Part shown: positions 38,601-51,946 of the stretch, piece after piece
Layout of the letters: every line of letters begins with the position of its first letter
Numbering within the stretch: position 1 is the stretch's first letter
Origin: Dimorphilus gyrociliatus
Lineage: Eukaryota > Animalia > Annelida
Length of the DNA stretch: 64,000 nucleotides
NCBI GenBank assembly: GCA_904063045.1
Contig: CAJFCJ010000021.1
Location: 558,001 to 622,000 of the forward strand
Reading direction: 5' to 3'
Translations under genes and position numbers: made by a program
Notes under the pieces: generated by a model
The model's input: only the letters and a program-made list of their open reading frames with translations
Told to the model about the DNA's origin: nothing
The model's database searches: none

Positions 38601-39469
38601 CCGCATGACGTACTTCGTCGCCGATCGATTTTGTTTATTCTACAGCGTTTCGTAAATAAATGCTTGTCTTTATGTACGGTTAGATTTCAAACGGGTTTGT
38701 CGGCGATAGGTGTCAAATTTTGGGCACAGTTAAAATTGCCTGATAACGTTACGTAAGTAAACAAGTGATGCTTTAATTAAATTTTTCTGGAGGGTTACGG
38801 AAGATATTGGTGAGAGGGTCAGAATTCGTTGACAAGTTTCATACAGCGTCGTCGTTGGATACAAACTAGATTTTAATTGCTTACACCGCTATTCGAAAAG
38901 GTCAAGGACGATGTTATAAGTTGCTTCTAGTAATTAGCGAACGTTCATACAAGGTGTCCAAATTCAATGCAATTTGGATTATTTTCCAGCATAATTGATA
39001 GAAGACAATTCGACGTAATCAGATACTATTATTGATATGATAATCTAATTAGAAAGAATTCTTTATACATATAGCAAGATTCTGTCAAGTGCTCATAAAC
39101 AGAGATTATTGTAGTGGAAGTTTTTGCGATACGGTAGACAAAGAAAATTCCGTATTCCCAATTAACATGCACCATAGATTTGCATAAATATACATGTATA
39201 AACTGTAACAAAACCAACAATACTGGGTTAAATAATTTCAACAACTTTTGATTAAGCACGCAAACTCGTCAAAACAAATGGAATACGAGTCGTAACTGAG
39301 CGATAATAGGCTTAAATAGAATTTTCTCACAGGAAAATATTAACTTGCAAAATAGAATTTGTCAGACGATCGAAAGTAAATTCAAAAAAATCAAACCTTG
39401 AATGCTTCCTGTTAAGCTTAATAATCCAAAAATTATGGATAGGAACGATAGAAAATTTTTTGACAACAT
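20678..39469 (-). CDS. Eph: Eph receptor tyrosine kinase, 997 aa, 8 exons
   Basis: Exons 39469-39397 (signal peptide [22 protein letters not shown]), 35675-35608, 31229-30569 (ligand-binding + Cys-rich), 27734-27273 (EGF-like + FN3), 25377-24960 (FN3 + TM), 23002-22935, 22773-22708, 21855-20678 ([10 protein letters not shown], kinase [26 protein letters not shown]-terminal YIV). Total 2994 nt with all phases compatible. Confidence 0.97.
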
Positions 39470-40266
39470 TCCTCTGTGCTGCCGTTTCGTCTACTGCTAG
39501 CCTCTCGCTCATCAATATTCATGAGTTGTCAGCTGCAGCCAATCACGGTTTCGCTTTTATTTAATAGGCTGTTAATTAAGACTGAGAGGTAGGTTTTCAA
39601 GGTATTTATTTTCTGACATAATAATTTGGACATAAATTGGCGCAAATTTTTCTCTTAGACCATAATTGTAGAGCCCTGGACCGTAGTTATTTTTTGATTG
39701 TATCCCGATACTTTGTCGCTTCTTTTTAAGTTTGGTCTGCTTTCGTGAAGTTTTTATACCAACCGAAACCAATTTTCTTTTAAATAATTAATGGAAAACT
39801 TATGTGAAATTACTTTTTAAAAAAGTGATAAAATGCAGAACAGATGGCCGGTAATACAAAACCAAATATATCGGGCTTATACAGTCGACGATAAAGTAGG
39901 GAATTAGATGACGTAATTGGGACAATACACATTATTTACTCTAGCCACTCTTTGTTTTCGAAATTACATAATAAATTCCATCAAACATCCTACTTTAGAG
40001 AATGAAGAAGCTTTTGTGACGCACGCGTCACACGCAATAAAACATAAAGAAAAAAATTTTCAATTGGAAAAACGACCGTCTTAATTAGTAGCTTTCGACG
40101 ACAATAGGTTTCGAATCCGCTTACGTAACATCGTCGGCTTCCTTTTGAAAAATCTTTAGGCTTTCAATTTTCAAACGCCTAAGCTCGTTGGAAAAGTTCT
40201 GAGGTTCGGTCTAATTGTGTTTTTTTTACGGATTTCTTCGGGCTTTCGGATAATTGCTACTAGCTA

Positions 40267-40278
40267 GCCGCCATCTTG
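40267..40278 (-). promoter_or_regulatory. YY1-type motif (CAAGATGGCGGC on the minus strand) in a CpG-richer region upstream of Eph
   Basis: Exact CCGCCATNTT consensus, oriented with Eph transcription, ~800 bp upstream of the Eph ATG. A CCAAT box is also present at ~39539-39543. Confidence 0.4.
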
Positions 40279-42263
40279 AGTCATTGTTGAAGAATTTTAG
40301 CGACTTTCTGACAACTCTTTGGAAAATCTTTGGAAAAATTCAGCCTAACTAACAGTTAAGCGAAAAATCTCGCCCTGAGCCCGATCCGTACTGGGAAACA
40401 CTTGAATCTTTTCGCCCTATAAATCTCTTCTAAAAACACAGACGGTTTTAGAAAAATTGACAAAAACTTGCAAATTTCTATCAATCTTATCATTTCCTGT
40501 TATCTAGAAAACCTTTCAATCAATCTATTAAGTTCAAAAGACTTATGTAATTATCTGAAATAAGCAGAGGGCGCTCTTTTCAAACTTTCAGCACCATCTG
40601 TTGCTAAACAGAGTTTAACGCTTCGACGTTTTATCCAATAATATATAAATAGAATTAGGAGTTGTCAAATATGGTAAATCGAATAAAATTGTTGTTTGTA
40701 CTCGTAAAAATCTCTCAGATCTTATGAATATTAATGAGTCGGGTACGTTTGAATATGTTCCATTAATTCATACCATCTAACTTTCCATAACTATCGATAT
40801 CTCTTTAACGACAAACTTTTACGACTATGAAAACAAGTAATTTCGTATCGCATACACGCTTCATTGTTTACTTTACGTGTATTTTCGTTCCTTAAAGAGT
40901 AAAAATGTGATTAGTACGGTCGACCCTTTTTTTTCTATTGACAGACAGGATTTGTTGTCGAAAAGTTAACCAAACTCTTTCAATAAAAATAGTTACAAGA
41001 CTATTCTGCATAAAAGGCAAGTGGACCTTCGAACTTTTTCCCATAACTCCTCTTTTCACTTCTCTTTTTTTATCATTTGGCTAAATACGTTACATTTTCT
41101 GGTTTAGCTGCTTGTTAGCCTTTTTGTTATTGTTTATTTATGCCTTTTTTTCTCCATACAAGAATTAGATTGTGCAGTGTAATACCCGATTAATACAAAT
41201 AAGGTGAAAGGGAGAAAGAGTAAACATATCTTGAACGCAGTAATAATTAAATCTGACTAATTTATTTCTTAACCTTTACTTTGCCTACCTTTTTCGTGAC
41301 CTTTCAATACTCCTTCCCTCCCACTTCCACACCCTTCTTTTCTCTTTTTCTTTCCTTCTACTCCTCCCCTATTTGGGGATCTACTGTTGGAATTAATTGG
41401 AATTTTTTAGTAAATGGGTCCGTTCGTACTTATCTTACTTATCTCTCTTCTATCAGTCTGCTTTAACGACTCGTAAAATAAGAAGAATTAGACGTTAGTT
41501 AAGTGGATTTGCAGATGCGTCCCGAGTCTGGTATCAATTAAATAGTTATATACGTAAATAATAGCCATACATAACGAGTTTAATGGAGGGTGAATCGCAT
41601 CTCTTTCATCAAATATATTCCTTTTTATAATTCGCCCGTATTCTATTAAGGTATTCAATGGTACCATTACAGGTGATTTTCCTTTTTTTTAAATTCTCAT
41701 TAACTGAGGGAAGAGGGAGAGTTGACAAGGTTAAAATGTGGTTACACATAGATGGCGGTCAGCTTTTAGTTGTTTTGGAAATTTTGCAGCGCCACCTTAA
41801 ACTTTTTAACATAACTATTATGACTTTTGCAAAAAAGTTAGGAGTAAAATTTAGTGTTCAAGTATTAATAATAATAATTTATATTTTATTGTCATCATTG
41901 CAATAAGGCACATGGAAGATTCACTTGTTCAAGTAAAAACAAATGCTTAGAATAGTGAGAATAAGACAAAAAATTCAAATGAATTTCCATTATCACAATA
42001 AATAATTGAAGAAGGAAGACATCAGATTACGATATTAACCACAAAAAACAATTTTTAATAGTATTGAGCGATTATTTTTTACAAACAAAAAGATATCAAT
42101 ACATAATCTGAAGTATTAAATAAAACAGTCACTGCATTTTGGTCTTATTCTATTCGCTTTTGCAATAAAGTAAATTCAATCTTGGTAAATTAACTAGCTG
42201 GAAAAAGAATTACCTATTTATGGACACTTTATTTAAAGAAGTATGCAGGAATAGTTCATTTAA

Positions 42264-43937
42264 TTAATTATGTGGGTAGAGATGAGATTGTGGTGTTTGG
42301 TATAGGTTATTTGGAGCGTTGGCTTGTTGAATAGGTCTCTTAAAATTGTTCTGATTTTGATATAATGGTGAAGGTTGAAAATTCATCGATTCATTAGTAT
42401 AGGCTAGTGGATGTTGTAACCCATTTTGGTACTGAGTTTGATATTGAGATGGTAATTGAGATTGCTGCTGTGGTTGAGTATTAGATGGATCAACTCGGCG
42501 TTTTCCTGACTTGTATTTTTTAATCAAGAATACTGCGCCGATTACAATGACAGATAGAATGATTGATCCAAAAACAAAACCAATTATTATTTTTGCAGCC
42601 GTGTTTAAACCTATACTAGATGTTTCACCTTCCTCCTCCTTACCACCGGCGGAACTTAGTAAGCCTTTCATCGTTTCTTCTATCCATACGCGAAAATGAG
42701 GTACACTCGCATATACTCCCGGTTTGTCAGGTTTAGCGCAACCAGCTCCCCAGCTGACTATACCTACAACATTAGTAGATCCGCTAATTATACACTGTAA
42801 AGGTCCACCCGAATCTCCTTGGCAAGAATCTTTACCACCATTATCATAACCAGCACAAAGCATATGGCCTATAAAAAACATATAGAACACATATTTTATT
42901 ATTTATAATAATAACTCAACCTTTCCTAGGAAGTCTTATATTCAGGTTAAATTAATAGCATTATTAATTTTATATCGTGGATTATTTCTCTCAGATTTTG
43001 GGGAAATATTTAAATATTCTCTTATTAGAGTAAATTCTGTTTAAATGTTCAAAAATTGTATTGTTTAGTGCCATATTGTATTCTTTATAGTAAATACTAA
43101 TATATAGTAAATAATAATTTATAATAAATTGTTTACTATTGTGGTTTTTATAGGTTACGTGTATTATAATTTGTCTATTGTTTAATTGAATCTGTGAAAT
43201 TGGACTTTTTTGAATTTATTATAGACTTATTGATATTTCTGGACGTTTTAACGAACGTCAACATAAATTCGTAATCTGATATTGGAACAATTGTTCTCAT
43301 TAATTGAATTCACTTGATTGTTTATAGATATAAATAAAGACTAACCTTTTATCCAGCTGTCTGTATATTTTTGTCTACATTTGGAATCCGAAATAATAGG
43401 TACAGAAACTCTTCGAAGTACATTTGAGTTTGGAGAGAACCCCGTTTTACCCCAACCGCTTACGTAGCAGATTGTATTTGGAGAGGGTTCACTAACCGAT
43501 AATGTAGCATTTTGAATTTTTTTTGAAGGAGCTACTTCTTGAGATAGTTCAATTAAAGCTATATCATAGTATTCAACATTGGTTAGATAATCGTGACGAT
43601 AATCTTTATGGACAGTTATTTTACGAATTCCATGCTGCACATGTGACGACAAATCATTAAGGTCGTGTACACCGAGAAAAACTTTCACTTGTAAATTGGA
43701 TACTGTAGTTCCAGAAAAGGTAACGCAATGAGCGGCTGTTAAAATCCATCGACTAGCAAATAAGCTACCAGAACATTGAAACGTTTGATCATTCGTACTA
43801 ACTAATAAAAATGCTTGCCAAGGATATTGATGCTCAAGTGTTTCTTTTCCTCCAACAATACGAGATGATATTGGCTTTTTACTATCACACACATAAGTAA
43901 CATGAAGTAAAATCGTAAAAATTACCAAATATTTCAT
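42264..43937 (-). CDS. Trypsin-like (S1A) serine protease with signal peptide, C-terminal transmembrane helix and cytoplasmic tail, 398 aa
   Basis: Exons 43937-43346 and 42868-42264. R|IVGG activation site; TAAHC, DIAL and GDSGGP triad; S1 Asp (KDSCQ); [25 protein letters not shown] followed by KKYKSGKRR. Confidence 0.93.
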
Positions 43938-45526
43938 AAAGAATCTTAGTAAATTATAATCTACTGGAAAATATCAGATTATGAATAACCAGCCTCAAGC
44001 ATTCTTTGTATCGATCTGAATTTCAGTTGCTACAACACTATAACACGCCCCGGCCTCAATTTCTAGGCCTACAAGGAAGTTAGATTAAAAACTATTCTCA
44101 ATTCAAATCTGCTAGGAATTTTCCCGGGTAATTTCTGTTTGATCATTTAAGGCAAATGTTTTTATGATCATAAACGACAGAGACAATAACAAAGCGTATG
44201 TTAAATATAAACTATATATAATATATAAATTTTATATACGATTATTTACGTCTATATATCATAAAAATATAGCTTGACAAAGAATTTTCTTTGCTTTTTG
44301 TATCTGTCAATTTTTTTCGTTTTTTAGCTCATTCTCTCTCGTTTTTTGCACATAGAAACGTAATAATATCTTGTCATTTCTAACTGTTCTGCTTCCTTTA
44401 TAATAATAATTCATATGTAAAAATTTACGAAATAAGACTCTATATATTAAAAAATATTTCTTTTACTTGAATAAGACTGGTTTGAACAGCTCAAAAAAAA
44501 TATTAAATATGAGTGAACTAAATTTAGTCTATAGAAAGATGTATTTAAAAAGAGAACGCTTAAATTCTCCATTATAAATGTTGCATTACTAACTTATCTT
44601 CCTGTGAAAAAAATTGATTCTATGCAAGTTTGTTATTGAAAATATATATATATATATATTAGTATATATATTTATATGGAATGCTCAAACGGCTCAAGTA
44701 TATTCAATGTTTAAACAGTCACATTCTAAAGCTCTTAGCAAGACCCTCCCTTAGAGATTGATTCAAATATGTCGGAGCGATTGAAAGATTTTTGTCAAAT
44801 ATATTATGAAAAACAACAAAAGCATGACAAGTGATAGAAAAGCGTCACATCGATTCAAAAGGTCGCTGATTTTACGAATAATTTATAAAGGTTACCCTTA
44901 TTAATTCATATAAAAAATTTATTTCAAAGTGAAAATAGAAGGATACAGATTCTTCTCCCCGTAGCACTTGATTATTCATTCTTTCCGGTTATTCAGTATT
45001 CAAAATAGAAATAATTAATTACCCCACTAGGACCCCGATTATAGATTAGCGAAGGTTGATTAATGGTTCAGCTAATGGACGGGGTAGTAAGGAATAGAGG
45101 GGTGGATACAAATCAATCCATTGTATAAACTTGCAAAACCTTAGAGTTAATTTTGTATTTGTAATAAATATAAAGAATAAATACGATATAAAAGAAAGAG
45201 ACAACAAATCCCGAAGTGTACTAGTTAAACTGTCAAATAACACATATAATACTTTTTCATGTCATTGTTTCAAATACCTTAACGAGTACCAATATGAATA
45301 TAATTCTTTAATAGGTTTGTTTTTTAAAAATAAAACCGTAAAAGAAGATATTCATACCTTGTTTATTTTTCTGTGAACTAGTAGTATTAAACAATAATAA
45401 AAAAAAGAGCCAAGAGGCTCCAATAATGAAAAATATGAATTATTATTTTACTTTAGTGTCGTTGAGTGAATGTTAGAGAGGAAGTTAGTTTTCTCTTCTC
45501 TCCTTTATGCTATATATATACTTGTG

Positions 45527-48500
45527 TTAGATAAATAAATCACTTGAATTCTTTTCTCTTATATCTTCGTCGTTTTCGGCTTGCCTTTCCCTAAGTAGCT
45601 TAGCGTATTTATCAATTAGTTCATCAACATTTTCAGCTGAAGGTGGCGCCTGTGAACGTAAATGTTCGCTATGATCGTTGTTTTTATTGTTAGGTGTTGA
45701 ATATCTTGAAATAATGCCTTGAACGTATTTGTGCTGTTCTAACGCTTCCATATCCGTTAATTTTCGCGGAAAATCCTTCTTTTGTAATTGTCTTCTTTTG
45801 ATAATATCGCCATCCATAGTGACGAGTAGATCTGAACCATGCTCAGAATTTGCGGAAGGTAATTTTGCTCTCGTTTTAGGAGTATTTCCAATAATATTAT
45901 CATCATCAACAACGATACCGGCAGGTGTGGATATTCTCCACTCTTCTATGGATCTATTAGCATCTTCTTGTTTAGATACATTTTCGCTGCTTAGTGAAAA
46001 ACCATTTTTTGCTTTATTAAAAACCTCTTGTCGTACAGCTTGCAAATTTGGTGATAAAAGGCTACAGAATGATGAAGAGCTCTTCTTGTTCAATGGCAAG
46101 TTCTCTTCGTCTGTCCATTTTTTGTTTTCTTTAGGTGGAATATCAATAGTTGTTGATTTTTTATCAGTCAAATTCTGTAAGGAAGAACTGGAATAGGAAG
46201 ATTTGCTTCTTATATTACCTGTCGATTGTAACAATTTAGGATAAGCGGCTTTTCTTTTAACCTCTTCTCTCTCTTCATAATTTACTAAAGGATCTTGCTT
46301 TACCATAAACTTATCTTTGTCTTCGTAATTCGATAACGATGTCATTCTCCATAGTCTATCGGGGTTTTCGTAATTTCCTACACCCCCACTTTTATTCATT
46401 ACCGAATCCTCCTTGTCCTTCTTACTTAATAACGGTGATTTAATCCTAGAATAACTTGACTCTAATGAATTTTCCTTTTTTTCGTAATTAATTAAAGGCC
46501 TATAATTTAGCGGTGATTCCTCTTTCTTTCTAAAATCACTGGTCGTTCCGCTTTTTGGATAATCCGATTCCTTGATTGAGTAATTAAGTGAACTGTTATT
46601 TGCTAAATAGTTACTCTCAACTGAGTTTGGTCTTGCCAAATCGTCGTTTCTATTGTCGATCTTTGAAGTATACATTTTAGGAGATTTTACCTCTTTACTT
46701 TCACTATTACGCAACGCCGACCTTGAGCCCAAAATGTCTTCTCTTTTCTGTTCGTAAAACTCCGGAGGATTATACTTTGATGAACGATTTTCGTTGTTTG
46801 GAAGAGTTTTCGTTACATCTTCTCTCCTCTTATCATTTTTCAATAGACTTTCGGAAATGGTTGTCTTGTAATTAGAGCCAGGAGAAGAAGTTCTAGAGAG
46901 CAGTTGTCTTTTATCATAGCTAGCTAACGGTGTTGTTCTACTCAAAGGGTCAATAGTTTTCTCAATGTTTGTCGACGGTAATGGTGTCGTTCTTGAAAGA
47001 GTATCTTTATTCCGATCGTAATTTGTATAGGATGGAGTTTTCGTTAATATTTCCTTCTTGGTAGGAATACTAGTAGATAATTTTTCCTCTTCTCTACCGA
47101 TCGATAACGGCTCATTTCTCTTTGATAACGTTTTTGCACGATATTCCTCTAAACTACCTGATTTTTTGTTTTCATCTGGACAGGGATTCTCCTTGGATAA
47201 TTTCGGTTGAGCAATCTTTCTAGCGAATGGTTTATATTCAGCAAAAACGCCCTCATTACCTAATTTAATGGCCTCTTCTGCTAGATTTAACGATTCGTCT
47301 TCTTTTTTACCTGTATAGGCTTCGACTAGCATGGCTAACCTTCTTTTCCTGAGTTCGTCAGTCGTTTTATTTGTTTCTAATCGTCTCTCGTACAATTCAA
47401 TTTGGATACAATCAATGAGAACCTTAAGGGCGTCTTCGTCGATCTCCGATAGTATTTCCTTTGCTTTTGTCTTTTTACTATTCTTAATATTGTCGAGCCA
47501 TTGTTCGGTAAATACCTCATGATCCGAAGGTAATCGAGTTTGTATGTTTGATCGAGTGTTGTTTAATAAAGATTGTAGTTTTCTTAAATCTTCGACTTGT
47601 TCTTCTAAATTCTTTTTCGATTTATCCTCTAATAATTTAACAGCTTTTAAAAGATATTGCTGTTCGGATTGCATAAATGTCAACTGTTCCTGAAGGTGTA
47701 GTTTATCTCTATCCCTTTTTACCGTCTCCTCCTCCTTTTCGGCAAGTTCAGTTTGAAGTCTAAAGATTTTCTCTTCAAGAATATCCTTCTTTGAAGAATC
47801 ACCGTCTCGTTGAATAGATAACACTTCGTTTTCGTTGCGTATCTTATTCATATCCGTTTGTGAACTCTCTAATCGCGTAGCTAAACTGTCCACTTTCACC
47901 TTTAAGTCTTTATTTTCTTCGGATAGAGATTTCAATTTTGTCTGTATGTAAAATTATACAATCATTACCGTAAAAATCGATTAGCTCTAAGGCTTTTCAG
48001 TGTCAGACAATATAGAAATGAGAAATCAATAGTTTAATACGAATTGTACAAGTTTTTTTTTCCACAAACCTCTTGTTGAGAATCGGATCTCTTGGCCATT
48101 TTACTCATCTGGAAGAGTATCTTATCAATTAACTCAACTGCTTTCTCCTTATCGTTTTCGCTTCTTAATTGACTTTTCATGGTTTCTAAATCGTCAAGTT
48201 GATGTTGTTGTTGTTCTTCTTCTTCCTATTATTGGAAGTGAGTGAGAAACCAAAGAGCACAAAAAAGTAAACAAATAACAAGGAAATCCGAAGGCCAAGG
48301 TCAAAAAATATAAGTAAGAAATATATATATATAAATATATATATATGTCAAAGCAAACAAGTTGATTGAACGTGACGGTGGGAAAACAATAAAGTGCGCT
48401 GAACGAGGGTTATCTTTTACCGTCAGGTGGCAGTTTAAATTTTCTGTTGTTTATAGGCCATATTTTGATTTATGAAAAATTACACGTTTAGAAAAGAATG

Positions 48501-51500
48501 TCTAATAAGCTCTAAGGGCCATTAAATGAATCTAAAATACAAAGAACACGGGTTGAGAGTATGAAAAATTGAACAGAGCTACTAAATTTTTTTGATGTTA
48601 GCCTATTGTTCAGACTGACAGACAATAGAAGAATTTCCTTCTTGACTAATTGAACGTTTTCGATTATATTGCGGTACTGCATCCAAGTATTTTATTTCCC
48701 AATTATTTGTTTAATAAATGGTAGAATATTTATTGTTGCCCTGTAATCGTTAAACTGCAATGTAGGTTACGTATCACGTAGTGTTATTTGTATGACATTT
48801 TAGCATTTTGTTAGTAAGGTATTTTAATTGCTGTTCTTCCATTGTAACAATTACTCTTGTCACTCGATATTAACTTTTCTTTTCATTCAATCCTCCCACC
48901 TATAATGTGACAAACTCATTCGATACTACCCGTTGAATACGCGTACAATTTCAATTACAACTTTTAACCCAGTCATACTATATAAAGCTTACTTTTTGTG
49001 TGTTGGAAAGTCACTATATATATAGAATACTATATATAAGAATATGATCATATGCATATCATTCCTGATTTGCTTCATGAATAAATTATACTGAACAATG
49101 TCATCTCTTTATTGTAACTTTTAATGCTTTTAGTGCTTTTAATGTTAGCCTAATTTATGACCAATTATTTATTATTTAACTTTCTATAACTAATTCAATT
49201 GAGTGAATTTTTTATGCTCTATCAAGTTTACTTTGAACTATTTTGAAAAAAAACCCGCTAGATGGAGTACAAGAACGTACAATATTTTAATCGTTGATTT
49301 TCCGCATTCACTCCCTGGTGTTGTTTAGTTTTTAATTAATTAATGATTAAATAGAGAATTAATAAGAAAAATAATTAAAAGAAAACGATAATATAATAAA
49401 GCTTAATTCAAGAATGGTATTTAATTTATGCTGAAATTCGATCAGCGTGTAAAAAAGCCGCCTCGTTCAGAATATTTTTCGCTTTATTGGTCGTTTATAA
49501 AAGGAGACCAAATCTGTCTGTTCTCGGTGAAAAATGAAATAAAAGACCTTTTGAAAGGTTTAAAGACTTGACTATTGCATTGACAAGTGATAAAGATGAG
49601 ATAGGCTTTATAAAATTTTAGAAATTAATAAGAAAGTCATCTTACCTGACATTCTAACTTGTCCAATTTCGTTTGCAAATGAACCCGTTCTTTTGCTGCT
49701 AAGTTAATTTCGTCGTAAAGTCGTTTATTTTCAACGCTAAGTGCGTTAACTTCCTCGGATAATCCATGCATAATTTTAATAGTATCACTTTCCGTTCCAT
49801 TTTCGTACAAGGGCTTATCCTTTGGACGATAATCGTCTGTGCTACTATTAGATTGTTCGTCCATTATTTTCAATTCACCGCAAACGTTTAATTCATCGCT
49901 AGAAACAGTTTTTGAAAGAAAGGGGTCTAACTCGGCAAAGTCGTTCAATACATTCGATTTAGGCGTCTCTTCCGTATCCGTTGTCGATTCAATACTCCTA
50001 CCGTCGGAGTTTATGGTTTTCGAAGGATCAGCCTTTAGTTTTAAATAGTCGATTTGCTCTTGCAATTCCTATATTGTGATAAAGAAAATTTGAAGAACTG
50101 GAACGTAAGACAATAGTTACTCAACACAGTTCACAGTTTGATTCGAAATCGATAACTGATCGAACTAGGCCTATATTTGGAGCACGCCTTATACCCAATC
50201 GATAATTTATCTAACCTGTTGGCATCTGAAACATTGATTTTTGTAACGTACGTTGCGGTTTTCTTTCCACTACTACTACTACTAGTATTACTACTACTTT
50301 ACTCTTTTGAAGTTTAATAAATAGGGTTAGGAATAGTTCGGCTCCTTTCAAGTATTGCTTAAATTCCCTCTATAACCCTTAAATCCATCAAGTTAAGTGC
50401 CATCTATCGGTGGTTTAACAATTACCTAAACTTGAGCCCCGCCCGTGACCGCTATATAATTGCCTAGACTTTGGCTTTAGAATAGATCCGTTGAACTTGA
50501 AAGGAAAGGGAGATAATAGGCCTAAAATAATACATCCAGCTATCTTTCTTCAAAATAGGATAAGTACTATAGTAAACAATCTATTGTGAAAAAGTTATTA
50601 ATTTCAATAGGAATATTTCAATAGGTGAAGAAACTAAATCGATTAAGGCGTAATTGGTTAAGTCGATTATAGAAATTTTCAAGGAAAAGAGGATTTATAT
50701 GGTATTCATAAAAATTAGTAAAAATAATATAAATACATAACATATAGACAAAATACTATGTTACAATTATTGTTATTCATACTATTAGTAATATACATAT
50801 ACCTCTTTCTTTTTTCGATTGGCTTATCAATCGGAAAATCAGAGCTGGAAAGTAATCACTTCAAATGTCTAGGTGTAAAGGAAATATCTATATGAAAAGT
50901 ATGTATGCGTATGTCTGCTTGTATTGGCGTGAACGTGTATGTGTATTTAGGCCCTAAGGTGTTAAAGAACTCGCCATAATATTTATCATATTATTGTATG
51001 TTTCGTATACTGATTAGCTAAATTTTGTTTGCTTAGTAAATTTCAATTGTTACACGATATGTTTGTCGTTAATTTGATCGTGAGTAAAACGTAAACAACA
51101 TTGTGATATTACATTTTGGTGCTTTCTCTTACTTTCTCTCTCTCTCTCTCTTTCCCTACAACCTCATTTCGTCTCTTTTATTTTTCTGCAACAGTGTAAC
51201 TGATTGATTGAAGAAAAGGAGAATGATGTAAACATAACAATGATAGAGTAGAAGAAATAATAATTAAATTGGCGTTTTATTCTAATTCTCGTTCCCTCTC
51301 TGTATTAAGTATAATTACGTAATGTTTATCCATTTATGTAAGATATACTATTACACGGATCAATTTCTTTGTTCACTTTAAATATATAGAATTATTATTA
51401 AAACTATTTATAAACTACTTTATCAATATATTCTCATTAATTAATGATATCAACTTATATATAGATGTATATATCAAATAAACTCAATATAAACTTTTAG

Positions 51501-51946
51501 CTTGATCTAATTTCACCTGATCAATTAATTCAACTAGATTAGTTACTCCAAATTTCCTACAAACTACAAACATTAATGATTTATTGTGAAAAAAAAAAGA
51601 TATACAGTTTATAGCTAAAAATAAGCAATGAAGAAAAATCTACTTAGTCACTAGTCTGTTTTTTTTTATTTAACTTTTATAAGTCAATGGTTTTTTAAAA
51701 TATCAATAAATACTGTATATTGTATACAATATATAGAGTATACAGTATACGTTCACAATAAAAAAATACATACATACATCCTAATAACGATTTTTAGGGC
51801 GTGGACATGCGACGGAGGGAGGTTGACAGAGACTTAAATCCCATAAAATATACTAAATAATATGATAAATATCATACCTTTATGGCGGCTTGGGATAATG
51901 CTTGCTGATCCATAAGGAATTTAATAGTTTCACCCGTATATGCCAT
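45527..51946 (-). CDS. Uncharacterised ~1020-aa protein: N-terminal coiled coils, central degenerate repeats, disordered C-terminal half
   Basis: Exons 51946-51878 (MAYTGETIKFLMDQQ..., lower confidence), 50068-49646, 48225-48070 and 47941-45527. All are phase 0 with GT-AG introns. The last exon is an ~800-codon open frame in AT-rich DNA. I recognise no family. Confidence 0.8.

Noticed and set aside
39029-39259. ORF as candidate Eph signal-peptide exon
   Set aside because: It has no ATG or suitable donor. The exon 39469-39397 gives a better signal peptide with the correct phase.
23004-39396. Transposon or MITE remnants as the cause of the long Eph introns
   Set aside because: I saw no transposase/RT ORF, terminal inverted repeats or target-site duplications by eye. 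A RepeatModeler library search would be needed to exclude old elements.
40105-40122. GGTTTCGAATCC resembling a tRNA T-arm
   Set aside because: No acceptor stem, D-arm or anticodon arm could be folded around it.
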